Assembly: GCA_964234715.1 (NCBI GenBank)
Contig: OZ174278.1
Reading direction: 5' to 3' (one strand)
Length of the DNA: 64,000 bases
DNA from: Podarcis melisellensis
Taxonomy: Eukaryota
The notes under the pieces are model-generated. The model was not told the origin of the DNA and made no database searches. It saw only the letters and a program-made list of their open reading frames with translations. The stretch's first letter is position 1; each line of letters begins with the position of its first letter. Below are positions 37,489 through 51,716 of the stretch, one piece after another. Both the position numbers and the translations under genes were made by a program.

Positions 37489-39760
37489 TGAAGCTTTATA
37501 AATCTATATATTGTAACATCACAAATGGAAATCAATGATTATGCCGCTCTTGACTAAGGGATTATTATTGTAACTAAATGTAACTGATGTTAATTAAGAT
37601 TATCGAACGCAGTGGATGGGCAATGCACCCAAACCACCATGCGGGGAGCCACTTTAACTAAAATCTATTAACTGGAAGTTGATTGGCATTTTGATAATTG
37701 TATAATTTGGGAATTAATTGTTATTGTTATAGTTAGGTTATTATCGGGGGTATATGGGAAAACTAATTATACACCCACGCACACCCACACATAACCTTGT
37801 TAGGCCCTAGAGATTAGGATGAGAGAACAAAGGCATGCACAAAGGATAGTTAAGTGATAACAAATACAACATGGACTCCTCTTGCTTGGAAGCTCTGTGG
37901 AATTCAGGGCTTCCTGTCTGAGAGGTAACATGGTTGACTGGAGTTCCAGCATGGCTTATGTTTCTGGTCTTTGGTCTTGACTCCTGGCTCATTCTCCAGT
38001 CCTGCCTTCTGGTCATTCTCTGGTTTGGATTCCTAGTTTGTAGCACCTGACACACTCCAGACCGCCGCACAGCGCTGGCAGATACTCTGCAAATGAGACA
38101 GACTTTATTTGCAGCATTTGTGTGAACACTATGAACAGCCAGACATCGTCTTTGGATCCTAAGCACAGTGGGATTAACTTCCTCTGAATTGCCCTGTTGA
38201 TCAAATGCCATGTTGTGTGTTCTCTGGTATATTGCATGCCTTCTAGAGGTGTCAAGGCCTGTGGGTGGGTGGGGGAACCATAAAAATTTGGGATGGGGGA
38301 ACCATGTCCTCCGAAAGCCTTTTTTTGTTTCTTTGTTTTCTGAAAAATGGAGACATTTTAGTTTGTGACATGTGAAAGGGCAGAGAAGTTTTTTTCCATC
38401 CAGGCAAAACCCTCCATTTTTAGAAATCACAATAAATATAATGACAAACACAAAGAGGCAGAAGAAGGAGAAAGTGATAGTAATCGCTCAGAAAATAAGA
38501 CTGATTAAATTTCATGTAGTGTTCATTGAATCTTCTTCCACCCTCTCTTTTTCCAGTTCTTTTTATGGAAATGAATGCGGTTTGAGTCTGTGGAGGACCA
38601 GAGGAGACATAATAATCTTCAGAATACATAATAATTCTCTTTGTTTTACTATAATCTTGATGGTTTCTCCTGTTTTCATTGTTTTGGGCGTGCTCCTCAT
38701 AAACCAGCAAAACGAGAAAGGTGCTAGATTCCTTACAGTTCAGCAGCTTGTGGCTCCAAGGCAAAAAAATAATATATAATTTTTTAAAAATTCAGTTTGC
38801 AATGATTGTCTGAGCAAACTGTGCTTTTAATATACCCAGCATGATTTTTTGATTTTTTTTATCACAAACCAAGTTATACATAATACATTTTAGGTTCCCA
38901 AAGTAACAAAGTGACTTTTGATCTGTAAAGGTCACTAAAAATCCAGCTGGAAAAAACAGCTCTTTTTTTTATTATGAATGTCTGCTTTATATGGTTTTAA
39001 TTTTGTTTTAAATGTATTTAAACTGGGGGTTTTTTGTATACAAATGTGTGTTTTTAACTGTTTTTAACTATCTTTCCTGTACATCATCTTGTTTAGAAAG
39101 TGGTTAATAAATCAGTGATGATGATGATGATAAAATAAGTATTGCGTATTTTTCCACCCCCCCCCCAAATTTCTATTTTTTCCCCGGGAGGGGGGACAGG
39201 GGGAAATGGGTTTTCTCACATGCTTTCAAAATTTACATGATTTTACATCTCTAGTACATACATAGAAATCCTGCCCAGATAAACTTTCCCATTCAGTTCA
39301 ATGGAGGGGCAATAGCATGTCTTTGCATGCAGGAAGCTACTGTCCCCAATAAACTGATTAGGTGATTCTTGTGTGTGCATCAGAGCTCTGTTCCAACCAA
39401 ACCATACAGGATCAGGGTGATGTGCTTATGAACTGGGCATCAGTTTGGTCTTAGTCACCTATCAGAGAGTGTTATCAATTATCACTTTAAAACAAATAAA
39501 GCTACTTATTCTTCATAAACTTGCAAAACATATTGGCTGAATGAAAGATATAGACTCTTAAAAAATAAATTTTAAAAATGATAGCGTCATCAGCACTGCA
39601 ACCCACAGTGGACCACTTAAATTATCATTTTGAATCCAAATCTGAAAGTGCTGATTTATTAATTAAACATGCCAATTAATCAATTAGTGTTTGCAGCCCA
39701 CTGGAAGCACTTCTTTCTGAAAGGAAATTATATGAACCTCATTCAGGTTTTATGTATTTT

Positions 39761-39762
<2 letters not shown>

Positions 39763-39797
<35 letters not shown>

Positions 39798-39802
39798 TGT
39801 GT
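39763..39802. repeat. (GT)n microsatellite
   Basis: Directly visible. Confidence 0.95.
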
Positions 39803-42800
39803 TAATTGTACTCTCCCAGTTCTGGACATCACTAAAGATATTAGTATCTGAAGCATTAATCACATTCTGCTGTATATTTAGAGGAATTCAGAGCTTGGCA
39901 AAGGCAAGTTGCACATTTGGGTTAATACTTTCTGGGAATGAAGTACATTCCTGAAATCATTACCAGTCACAGCTTGTTAGGCTACGGAGTTCCCTGCCAG
40001 GGGAGAGCCCTCCTCTCTTGTAGGTCCCTGCTGTTTGGCAAGGAAGCGCTGTTGTTCCCAAGCTTTGATTAAGTTATATATTTGAAATCATTTGTTGCAT
40101 ATAGTTATCGTGCAGTAACCCACCCTGTGACCTTTGGGTGAATGGTGGGGTATATATACTCCAAATATTTATGTGGTTCTTGTTCCAGCAACTGCTGGAC
40201 CGATTGGACTAAGGAGCAGTAGCGGATGGCACATTGCTTCTCACCTGACCTCTGGTTCATCGTCTTACTGCTGCTTACCAGAAGATAGAGGAAGAGGCTT
40301 GACATGGTGGTGAGGTCAGTATGGTGCAAACACACCAGCAAGAGCACTAGATTGGCTCTACTGGTGCATTTGCACTGCACTGACCTTGCCATTGTCTTGC
40401 CTGCCTACTTTACCTCCCAGTAAGTACAGACCAGAGGTCACATGAGTGATGGTGCTCCACCACATGGTTCACTGCTGCCAAGGTTTTTAGTGAATTAATT
40501 CCTTTATGCTTTTTTTAAAAGCTGCTTTTATCTGTTGCAAATACGGCTTGTTTTTAATGTATTTGCGTATTTCTTTTATCATACATGCATCTGTTGTCAT
40601 TTTTAACTGTTGCAAGCCACCTTGAGCACACTCCAAGGCTGGGGTAGAAATCTCCATAATCTATCATATATTTGGGAAATGGTTTGTCCATTTTTCTCTC
40701 TAAAGGTGTAGCCACCTCTTGAGACACTGTCACCAAAGTTGGCACAAGGGGGTGCCACTCTCCGTAGACCATTGTATGCCAGCCGCCATTTTGAATAAAG
40801 ATGTCAGACTGAAAGTAAGATGCCCACAAGACTGTTTACATCAGTATATATGCTGTGCCCCCCCCTATACATCCATGGAGGGGTGATCATGCGCAAAGCA
40901 TACTCTTTTCCTATCTCTTCAGACATGGATGCTAAAATCAGCCAACTTTCTACTCGTCTAATGCTTAATTATTGGTCTAAATAGTGGTCTGATCCATAGT
41001 GCACCTATTGACTGTTGTGATTTAGCCACCCTGAGCTCCTTGGGTAGATAATAGGACAGAAATGCAAGGAACATGGTTCAGTGTTAAAGCATCAGCTCTG
41101 CATGCAAAAGGTCCCAGTCCCATCCTCCGGCATCTCCAGGTAGAGCAGACTTCCTGTCAGTTAATGAAGGCAATACTAAACTAGATAAACCAATCAACTG
41201 GCAGCATCCTCTGCTCCCACTCCTATGTGTTGGGCCAAAAATATACAGAGCTGTTAGAGAACTGAATAGATTCTGACCGCCCATGTTATTTTGATTAGTT
41301 TCTAGAAGTTCTTTCCCAGGATGCATGAAAAAAAACTGGTTCAGGATCTCATTGGATGAGTAGGCCCCTGCCTATGAAAGTTTACATCTTGATTGAATTT
41401 GGTAGCTTTTAAGATGTCATATGTTGTTTTTGAGGAGGAGAGAGGATACCGGACAGTGACTCACCTGGCTGCCATTTTGGAACTTTGCCCACCATCCAAT
41501 GGCATGCTTGATGGAAGACTGCAATGTAAGCCACCACCTGACGCCATGTTTCAAGTATCATCCCCACACTCCACTGACCTTGTACCTATTTTATTTACCT
41601 AGTACTGAAAACAAAAATACGAGACTTCATTGAAATAATCATAAAACTATTTTTCCTATACTAACGACAGCTTTGGGGCACGTTTCTATGGAAACCGTTT
41701 TCCTTATGTGCTTCTCTATAGCTAAAGGTCTCAAATGGACCTTCTGTCTACTTATTGCCTGTATAAACTGCAGATTCTGTACAGTGATCTCTAACACAGA
41801 TCAGCTGAGTCTCCTGAAATGTGTCAGAAAACATTATCAGGAGGCAAACACCAGTTATTGCAGATTCCCATAAATTTATAGCTAATCAGGTCCTTAGTGG
41901 CAAGTTGGCAACTGAAATCTAAGCACCGTATGAGGAGGTTTATTATTATTATTATTAGAGGTCATTTTCCAATCCTAAGCTGCAAAGCAACGGTAACGAT
42001 GAATTCACCTATTATACTAGATTTAAATGTATTTGTGCTGAATAATTTAAATAGGGCACATGGTCTTTCACCTGCAGTTTAACTGAAAATTAACTCAATC
42101 TTTGTGGATATAAGCCAAGTATAAATAAAGTCCAGTTCTGATCTTGAATTAAAAACACAGCCCATTATAGTTAATATTTGTTTTTTGAAATGTGCAAATT
42201 AGGGCATTCAGAAAAATGGATATGGAGGAATAAGGGCTCTAAAGGTTAGATATCTAGTTAGTGAAACATATTTATATATTTTTAAATAAGCAATTTCCAT
42301 TTTCCCATATGTTTTGAATTGGGGTGGGGATATGTCTTGCACATATTTTTAACCTGTTCAGATTATGCTCATTTGGTGTTAAGCAGTATAGGTGTTGCAC
42401 TATACTTAATAATCTGGACTCCATCCAAAAAGGAAGAATGGTAGATTGATAACACATTTCCAAAATGTGGTTTTACTCATTATGGCTATTATGGTGTGTA
42501 ACACAGGTCACCATCAGGCCATGTGTATATTTTGGGTATCAACCAATGAAATATATTTCAGTTGATTGATTGTCTCTCTTTTAACCAAATTAAAATTTAA
42601 CCAATTAAATTTGCATGAATTTGCAAATGATCAAAATCTGAACATGGATGACTTTTGAAATAATGAAGGAAGCATGAGTTAATGTACATTTAAAACAAAA
42701 ACAAAGTTTATTTTCAATATTTCCTTCTCCATTCTATATTCCAGAGTAGCAGGGGAAACCCAGCCAGTTGGGTGGGGTATAAATAAGAATACATTATACT

Positions 42801-43176
42801 TATGATTATGATTGCACTAAACCACCAGAACCAAAATAGCCCACAAGAATAAAGAAATGTAGCTTTAATCTGCAGACCCACCAGAGTTTTCCTCAGCTTA
42901 TGAAATTTTAATTGCTCAAACCACTGGTTAAGATGCACACTTACTGGGAAATAACACCTTTTGAACAGAGTTAATATTATTTCCAACTAAACATGATTAT
43001 TATCATATATCAAATTTGTTGGGTACTTGCATAAGCAGACCCTCCAAGTGTCCTTATTTTCCAGGAACAGTCCCTTTAGAAGACATCTGAAGGCAGCCCT
43101 CTGTAGAGAAGCTTTCTTAATGTTTCATTTTTATTATACTTTTATATATGTTGGAAGCCACCCTGAGTGGCTGGGG

Positions 43177-43177
<1 letters not shown>

Positions 43178-43227
<50 letters not shown>
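43178..43227. repeat. (ATT)n microsatellite (L2 tail)
   Basis: Directly visible. Confidence 0.95.
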
Positions 43228-43230
<3 letters not shown>

Positions 43231-45003
43231 GGACATTCCTATGCTGGAGGTTATGAAATCTCCAGGGCTCTTCCTCTGAAGGGGAAAGCAGCCTGTAAGG
43301 TAGGGATGAGAAACATGTGACCTTCTGGATGCTGATTGGCTGCAGCTCCCATCATCCCTGGCAGTCAGAGTTGAGGGGAGTCATAGTACAACAGCTGGAG
43401 GCCCACAACCTCCCTATTCCATCTGCAAATGAACTTCTCCATTGCACTTGAGAAAAAGGAGCATGAAACCATATGAAGGAACAGAGAAACCAGGGGTGGA
43501 ATCCCGTACTCTACAGGACCCCAAAGCCTGTTTCAAAGAGAAGAGGTGATAAGAAGCAGTTGACTTAACTGCTCCAGCTCACCTTGCACTCTTTTCACAC
43601 CCAGCTTGTAGCTTTCATGAGGTGCTGGAAAGGTCTAAGCTGGGTTTTTTTCCTGCTTCCTCTCTTTTTCGTACAGCAGGAGACCTTTAGCCTCTGTCCC
43701 TGGGGCTTTGCTCTCTAGCAGCTGCTGTCGCCCTAGCACAGCTGCCTGTGATGAACGTTTTGGGTTGGGTTCCCTTCTCAGCCTGGAAAGGATCTCAGGT
43801 TCTCAGGATTCCCGTCCTATCCCTCCAGTTGAGCGTTAATGGGGAAAGCAGGCCCTGAGCATCATAAGGGGAGCTGGCTGGCACACTCCGTAGTCATGCT
43901 CCAGACCTGCTTAAAAGAGTCTCTCTCTCCATTCTCTCTCTCTGCGGCCGACAAGTCCACCCCTGACAGCTGCTAATCTTCTAATTAATAACACGGAGTG
44001 AGTGAATTACTCATTCTCCACAAGGAAGTCAGCACACTTGAGATCTCCAGGCAGCCGCCAGTGTTGCCAAGGCATGGGGGGGGGGGATGAATTGACATCT
44101 GTGGGCCATTTGGCTAACCTTACAGCTTTTCACAGCTGCCTGCTTACAACAGTCCTGGGATCTCAGCTAGCCAATAGTTAAAGAAGTGTAGGAATCGCCA
44201 AAGCCTATAAGGAGGCCTTCCTTCCACCTGTATGGCAGTGGGTGAGCACTCGAACTGTCCTTTACCTGTGCAAGGTTTCTGCACTCCCACAAAGGTAAAC
44301 TAGATTTGATCTGCTAACTAGCTAACTAACAGGATTTATGTCATGCTTGTTCATTGAAACCTTTACGCAGTTTACATGAAATAGAAAATTAGTGTTCCTG
44401 ATAAGATATTAAAAAGTTTGCTTAACATTTTTCAAAATAATCATCAGGTTGTTTTTTAAAGTATACCTTATAAAATAAAATTATATATTAAAATGCACAT
44501 CATGTCTAGATGGGCTTTCTTGAACATAAAAGTTTTAAGCATACATTGAGAACCATACAGTGAAGGTGTCAGCCTGAAATCAGTGGGCAGGAAATTCCTA
44601 TGTATAGGAGTGGAATCAGCCAATTCACTATTTTTCCGCATTCTGCAATGACTTTTGCTCTCACTCTTTGGAAGACAACTCATAGTGCTATGTTGTCTGA
44701 GAAAGCTAATAGGAAAAAAATTGTATAACCATCTGCACCCTTATGACAAACTACAAAAAGCTTTGGTGTTGCTGTGCACAAGAGACTATCATGATAAGTT
44801 TCTCTTTTACTTTATCCCTACCATGGTCCCATTGAGTCCTTGTAGAATAGTACAGAATGCTATAGTTATGACTTAGCTGTTACTGAGCTGATCCTACATC
44901 TATTTAATGGAAAATAGATAACCATTGCATGTGGAACTCCAGACAACCTAGTTCCAATAGTTTTCCACTCCAAAACTGGAAACCTGGGCTCCATACACTA
45001 GGG

Positions 45004-45305
45004 CAGGGGTAGGCCAGATGCGGCCCCATCACCTTCTCAATCTGGCCCATGGACAGTCCAGGAATCAGCGTGTTTTTACATGAGTAGAATGCGTCCTTTA
45101 ATTTAAAATGCATCTCTGGGTTATTTGTGGGGCCTGCCTGCTGTTTTTACATGAGTAGAATGTGTGCTTTTATTTAAAATGCATCTCTGGGTTATTTGTG
45201 GGGCATAGGAATTTGTTCATTTCCCCCCCAAAATATAGTCCGGCCCACCACATGATCTGAGGGACAGTGGACCAGCCCACGACTGAAAAAGGTTGCTGAC
45301 CCTTG
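45004..45305. mobile_element. hAT (Charlie-like) MITE with an internal ~62-bp duplication
   Basis: CAGGGGTAGGC...GCTGACCCTTG; TSD CACTAGGG (44996-45003, 45306-45313); direct repeat at 45071-45132 and 45142-45203. Confidence 0.87.
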
Positions 45306-48111
45306 CACTAGGGCATAAATCTTTTAATGGAAATATGGATAGTGTCATGATATAGTTTAGTCACTAGGTGACACTGCACTTAGTTGATTTGTTTAGAATC
45401 AGAAACTTCCTGTTGCTTGTTCTTGTTGGAGAAAGACAATAAAGTTCTTCTCTAGTGTCCTTGTGCTTGGTGCACTTTCCAAGCCTTTCATGACATGGGG
45501 CTCTCCCTGAAGTGAATTTGAACCCAGATCTGGCCTCTCCGGTGCCTAGCACTGTCCACGCACGCACACACACACACCTGCCCAGGATTCCAGAGCAGGG
45601 CTGCCTGGAAGCCAGTTGATATTGGACCGTCTGGCGCGGGCACAACTTGCTTTAAAAGCTGTAGCTGCGTGAGAAGCAGCGGAAGCAAGACCACCAGGAG
45701 AAGTCTGCAATCCTAGACTCAGTCCTGTGAAAGTGAAGGTTGTTCAGGATCGGGCTGTGAACATATTTAGAATGGGAGTGGGAATTTCGCTCGGTGCGGG
45801 GACGGGTGGGTTGAGCTCTCCAAAACAAAAAGTTTCTAGATCATCTGGAAGACTAATGAAGAGGCGTCAATCCTAAAAGTTTGCGTTTCATTTATGGGTG
45901 GAGAATTTTCACTGAACTTGGGTATTCCGATGTCAAGCCTCGAGAAGACCGTGGAAGCGATGAAGAATCCGGCGTGGGGGATTTTTTCCTTGCAGGAAGA
46001 GCGCAGCTCAAGGAGGTTTCAGACCTATTTGCAGTCGGCTTCATTCAGAGATGCTCCAACCCAGATGTAGCACCTGTCCATTTGAAACTAAGGGGGCGAG
46101 TTGGGGCGCCTTTGTCTGAGGTCTCCTCGCTTTTAAGTTTTCGCAGAGCTTCGCATCCGACCAGGATCGGGGCCTCCAAGGACTTTGTATATCCCACACA
46201 CTGTAGAAACAAAAGATGAAGTGAAGAGAACGCAGCGTGCAATTCTGTTCTAGGAGGACACTCTTATTTTCTTTCCTGAAGGAAAAAATGGAAACTAAAA
46301 GTCTCAAACTCCTAGTGACACATTAGTCTAATATTTAAACGATCCAGCCCCTCTGGAAGAAATTCCATTTTCTTTCAGTTTAGGAGCAAAGGGCAACATT
46401 CACTAAGATGCATCACTTCCACTGAGGGCAGAACCTCTCACATGAACGAAAACTTCAGCCCTAAATGCCATATAAATTCAATAAATAATAACACATTTCA
46501 AGGAACGTGTTTAGAGCTACGAAGTCCTGAAAGCTGCAACCCAATCCTCACTTACTTGCGAGCAAGTCCCCTTGAACACATCGGGGCTTATTTACGAGTG
46601 GACAGATATAGGTTTGTACTGCCAGGACGAGATCCTATTCACTGAGTCTCAATGGGTTCAGAAAGGGACCTATTTCTGAGGAGGCAGATGGTGGCTCTTC
46701 CCTAACAACAACACTTGCTAGGGAGCAAGGCTCCTTGAGCATAGTGGGTGTCCATCTCACTTTAGAGCAATCATTTATAGGATTGCGCCATAAGGGCCTG
46801 GTGGTCGGCGCCCTTAACTCTGCAGAGGATCGAGCTACGGTTGTGTATCAGAGATCCTGCTGGATCAGGCCCAAGGTTCCTCTAATCCAGTAGCCTGTTC
46901 TCTCAGTGGTGCAAAAGATGCTTATGGGAAGTCCACAAGCTTGTGATTCTCTGCAGCAGAATGCCTCCAACAGCGGAGGAAGAACGCAGCCACCGCGGCC
47001 AACAGACGCCTCCCTTATGTCAACAGCTACCTTGGCACGATGGAAGCATTGCGTTGACAAACCCTATCCCTATCCCTCTCTTCTCCTCATTGTCAAAGGA
47101 ACGTGGGCAGCAGCGGGAGCAACCCAGGACGGCTTTTTGCGTTGCTGTTCCTCTTCGTTTGCATTTGTTTCTGCTGTCCCCCATCCAACGTTGGAGAACT
47201 TTCCCTGACTCCTACCAAGTTATGCTGATTTACTCCAAGGTGGGCTGGTCTACGGAGAAGGCAGAATTCTTCCCCCGGTTCAAGATTCGGAAATCTAATT
47301 CCAGTGACACAGAGCTCTTCGTCAAGCAGAGGAGAAGGGGAAGAGGACGTCTCAGGTTCTATGTAGAATCGTATCATTGTAGAGTTGCGAGGGTCCAACC
47401 CTCTGCAATCTTTTGCTCCACGAGGGGCTCTAACTCAAGTCCCCGAGATTGAGAGCCTCGTGCTCTGCCGACTGAGCGGTTTAAAGCGAAGCTGGCTACG
47501 AAGAGAATATTGTAATAACTGGATAATTCCCATGCGTACTTTTCAGGACCAAGGGTCTCGGGACAACCCGGCCCTTGGGAGGTGGTCCTGAGACTGGGGA
47601 GACTAAAAGGGCCCCTTTACTCGCTATGTCCACAAGACTGAGCTCCTCTGTTTGAACTAGGGCTGGCTAACCTGCGCCTCTCCAGATGTTGTTGGACTGC
47701 AACTCCCATCATCCTTGGCCATTGGAGCTGATGGGAGTTGGGAGCTCTCCATTTCTGGAGAGGATTACAGCGAAATCCTGCGCAAGTCCCCACTGGCTTC
47801 ACTTAATTGTACAGAACTGCAGCTAGGCAAACCTACTTGCACCCTCACCCTTGCAATGGGGGCGTTAATAATAGTAGCCTATGCTGTAAGGTTTGTTGTA
47901 AGGTTTCTCTGGCCACTTCCCTGGTGAGAATTCCTTTTTCCTATCTATCCATACCCATTATGAGATCTTCCCCTTCGCCGGTCCTTTTTCAAACCGCTCT
48001 GAGTGCCCAAACTTTGGGTCCTACCTTTTAAATGTGCTTGCCCAGACCTCTGTGATCAATGGGACTTACCCACATGTAAATCTATGCAGGTTCGCAGCTC
48101 TACAGCTCAAT

Positions 48112-48461
48112 AAAGGTAAAGGGACCCCTGACTGTTAGGTCCAGTCTCGGACGACTCTGGGGTTGCAGCGCTCATCTCGCTTTACTGGCCGAGAGAGCCG
48201 GCGTATAGTTTCCAGGTCATGTGGCCAGCATGACTAAGCCACTTCTGGCAAACCAGAGCAGTGCATGGAAACGCCGTTTACCTTCCCGCTGGAGCGGTAC
48301 CTATTTATCTACTTGCACTTTGACGTGCTTTTGAACTGCTAGGTTGGCAGGAGCAGGGACCGAGCAACAGGAACTCACCCTGTCACGGGGATTCGAACCT
48401 CCGACCTTCGATCGGCAAGTCCTAGGCTCTGTGGTTTAACCCACAGCGCCACCCACATCCC
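48112..48461 (-). mobile_element. Sauria SINE (Squam1), full length
   Basis: AAAGGTAAAGGGACCCCTGA...ACCCACAGCGCCACCCACATCCC, colinear with the other copies; no clean TSD. Confidence 0.9.
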
Positions 48462-50179
48462 TTCTACTCAGTACCAAATGCCCCTGTGCCCAGTGAGGCT
48501 TTCTCCCCACCAGGGATTCAGCCTTGGGTGTGCTGTTGGAGAACTGACCGTGAGAATGCCTGTTTAAATATTCAATTCTGGGGAACTGGTGCCCCCAGAA
48601 ACAACTAGGATTGCTGCCTCCAAGGAAGGCAGTCTAGCGGTTTTCTGGGACCCCGTTTCCCCCCTTCCAACTCAGAGATTCTTTGTTGTCCTCCTGTTAG
48701 CCTGACTCTTGGCGCTCGGGGTTTCCTTCCTTTGCTATAATCTCAGCTCTAATAACCCACCTCCTATAATCCCTGACATAACCACCTCTCTGCCTCTCCA
48801 GAACAACGGAAATCCTTGTTTTAAAGCGAGAAAGAAAAGTGTGTGTGTGTGTGTGGGGGGGGATCCTCAGCTCGCCTCCCAGTTCAAAACAGATTCGGGT
48901 AGAGTTTTCATTCCAGAACTGGGTTTGGTGACTTCTTCACCCCTCTCCCAATATTAAAAAAAGAGGACCACACTCTCTTCTGGTTCAAGTCATTAAAAGC
49001 TCTTTATTGCTTCGAATTAATTGCCCTTTAATTTCAAGGCCTTTTACAAGTGTTTTTTAAAAAGGTATTTTCCTGTCCTCTGATACTTTGCTGACGATGG
49101 GCCTCAGCTCGGCGAGGTTGCGGCTCATTCCAAGGGAAAGGGCCCCATCGCGAGAACGATCCTGAGGCCACCGTCGATAGGGAAGTCCCGCGTATAACGC
49201 GCTCCCGAGGGCATTCCCTTTGGTGTAAAGGCCTTCCACATCTCAGCCCTTTCTATCAAATGTGCAAGCCGTCTTCAGCGCCGCTCCTGACTGCGCCTTT
49301 GCGGACGCTAATGCGCACAGACCAGGCATAAGAATGAGAGGGAACCGTCCACTCTGCCACCTCCTCGGCTGCCGCACAAAAAGAGCTCTTTCAGAGGGGT
49401 TACTAGTCCGCTGGAAACACGATGGTGGGTCTACATTTGTGGTTGTTGATGGGGGGCGGGGGCTTATTTGATTCTAGATTATGGAAAGGACCGATCGCGA
49501 GCTCGAGGGTTCCAGCTCGGCTCGCACCCTAGAAAACTGGAAATTTTCTCCCCGAGAAACCTAATGACTGGAGGTCAGCTGAGGTTTTTCATCTCTGCGG
49601 GAGAGAGTCTCTTTTCCACTCTGACCATGAGGTCTTGAGTTGCAAACAGTTGCTGTTTAACCCTCGGCTTGATTTTAAACTGGATGGGTGACATCAAGTA
49701 GTCTGGGTCTTCTGTTGTCGCCCCACACTCCCTCAGCTCTCCCAACAAACCCATTTTACACGCCAAACCAACGAATCCCACTATACGAGCCTTAGCTTAG
49801 GTCCCCTTTCCGAATTGGATCGTATTGGATCTGTGCGACAGTCTGGCTTCGCCCCAAAGAATTCTGGGAAATGTAGTTATATAGGATATACCCTAACTGT
49901 GCCCCGACTGGTAGGATTTTCCCCCAGGACCTAGAATGCCGTCAGGGGTCAAAATTCCATAGAAATATCAACGTTCTAAAGGACTCCCGCCTCGTCCAAT
50001 AAGGACTTTTGGAACCCGGCAGCGCCTACAGTTTCCTGCTTCTTCAGGGTAGAAGAGGCAACAAACACCCAGCGCTCAGGGAGGAAGATCTGGCCCTTAG
50101 CCTCGGGGTAGAGAGTGTTCTCTTCAAATCGAGGGGCGGCGGGGCCTCCTGGCGAATGAACCAATGGATTCAAGTGGCA

Positions 50180-50400
50180 AGAAATGAGATTCCAGCTAAA
50201 CATCAGGAAGAACTTGCTGGCAGTAAGAGCTGTTTAACCGTGGAACGGCCTGCCTCAGAAGGTTGTGGGTTCCTTGGAAGTTTTTAAGCAGAGGTTTGGT
50301 GTCCATCTTCCATAGATGCTTTAGTTGAGATTCCTGTATTTCAGGGGAATTGCACTAAATGACCCCTGGGGACAGCTTTCAGCTCTACATTTCTTTCGAA
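50180..50400 (+). mobile_element. CR1 LINE 3' fragment
   Basis: AACATCAGGAAGAAC...GTAAGAGCTGTT...TGGAA...GAAGTTTTTAAGCAGAGG matches the CR1 ORF2 end (NIRKN..VRAV..WN.LP..EVFKQR). Confidence 0.75.
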
Positions 50401-51436
50401 CTGGGAGTTTCGGCCACCCAGCTGCAATTCAAGAGGAGTTTTTCTTTCTCCACTTTCGGCTTGGCGTCCCTCTCCCTTGCTACTTCTTGCTACTTGATCG
50501 CTCAGGTCGCCTGGTGGAGTCGTCTGAGAGGCTCCCACAGAAAATCAGGGGCCTTCTTTCTCTGTGTGTAAGGAGGTGGGGGAGACCTCTCTTCTTGGTG
50601 GTTATTACGTTTTGGAAACACGCGTAAGAACCAGCTCATTTATTTGCTCATTTATTTGACTCATGTGGATCCCGTGGGTCCTTTAACCGTGAAACTCGGG
50701 GAGCTTTTCTTTGTGTGCGCCCGTTCTCATAATACATGTAGGGTCGCATCCAGGCCCTGATCAGATCCAGCTCTGCCTCGCTTCAGCACGGCGGGTTCTC
50801 CACAGGCCCTGCTGCTTTTTTCTCCATGCCATCGATGAAGATTGCGCTGAAAAAGAATAAGAATAAATCTGTTGCCAACTTTCCTTTCAGAATACAAAAC
50901 TGTGGCTGTGCCCTGAAGCAACGCGGTCAGTGGCTGTGTAAACCTTGGGTACCAGCCGCAGAGGACAAATAGCAAGGACAGGGCCTTTAGCTCCAACCAC
51001 TTGTTCCGTAACACGTGTTAATCACTCTGCTTAATTTTTTCGGGACGGGAATTGAAGAGGGGTTTAAAGGGTGTTCTCGTTTTTAAACGTGAAGATTTGT
51101 GTGTGAGCGGTGATTATTCCGGGTACATCAACTGTTTAGGAAGCTGGCTGTGATCTTGTATATAAGAACATATTATCAGGCAAAATGATTCGCAGACTGG
51201 AATCCTGTCCGTATTAACTCAGAAGTAAGCCCCGTTTAGGACCTCCCTCCCAGGTAAGTGTGTATAGGATCGCAGCCCTCTTTGTGACCTATCAGAAGTA
51301 TAGGATGACAATGGATCATGTATGAACTCCACTGGTTCATACATGATCCCCTTAGTGTAGTCCACCAAAGTGCGACTTGCTGGCTGCCAGTCTAGCCCCG
51401 AGGAAGGAAGTCCCACTGAATTCAATGTAACTCTTA

Positions 51437-51716
51437 GGCCCCATCTGCACTATATCTTTAAAACGCTTTGATACCGCTTTAAAGCGTCATGGCTTCCTCC
51501 ATGGAGACTTGAGGACTGTGGTTTGTTAAAGGCGCCGAGAATAGTGTTAGGAGGCCACTGTCCCCACAGAGCTACAGTTCCCAGAGAAAGAGGGATTGAT
51601 TGTTGAACCACTCTGTGAGGGCTCTCTTAACAACCCTTAATAAACTATCGTTCCAAGGAATGAGACGGGAATGAGTGTTTAAAGTGGCATGAAACGGCTT
51701 TAGTACAGATGCAGCC
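51437..51716. mobile_element. PIF/Harbinger-type MITE
   Basis: Imperfect TIRs GGCCCCATCTGCACTA / TAGTACAGATGCAGCC; TTA TSD on both sides. Confidence 0.75.

Noticed and set aside
37807-38779. Longest ORFs in the desert (214, 135 and 114 aa)
   Set aside because: There is no recognisable domain or exon structure. Part may lie in a degraded DNA element (~38244-39254) that I cannot delimit.
11953-48461. tRNA genes suggested by A/B boxes
   Set aside because: The boxes belong to tRNA-derived SINE heads; no cloverleaf is evident.
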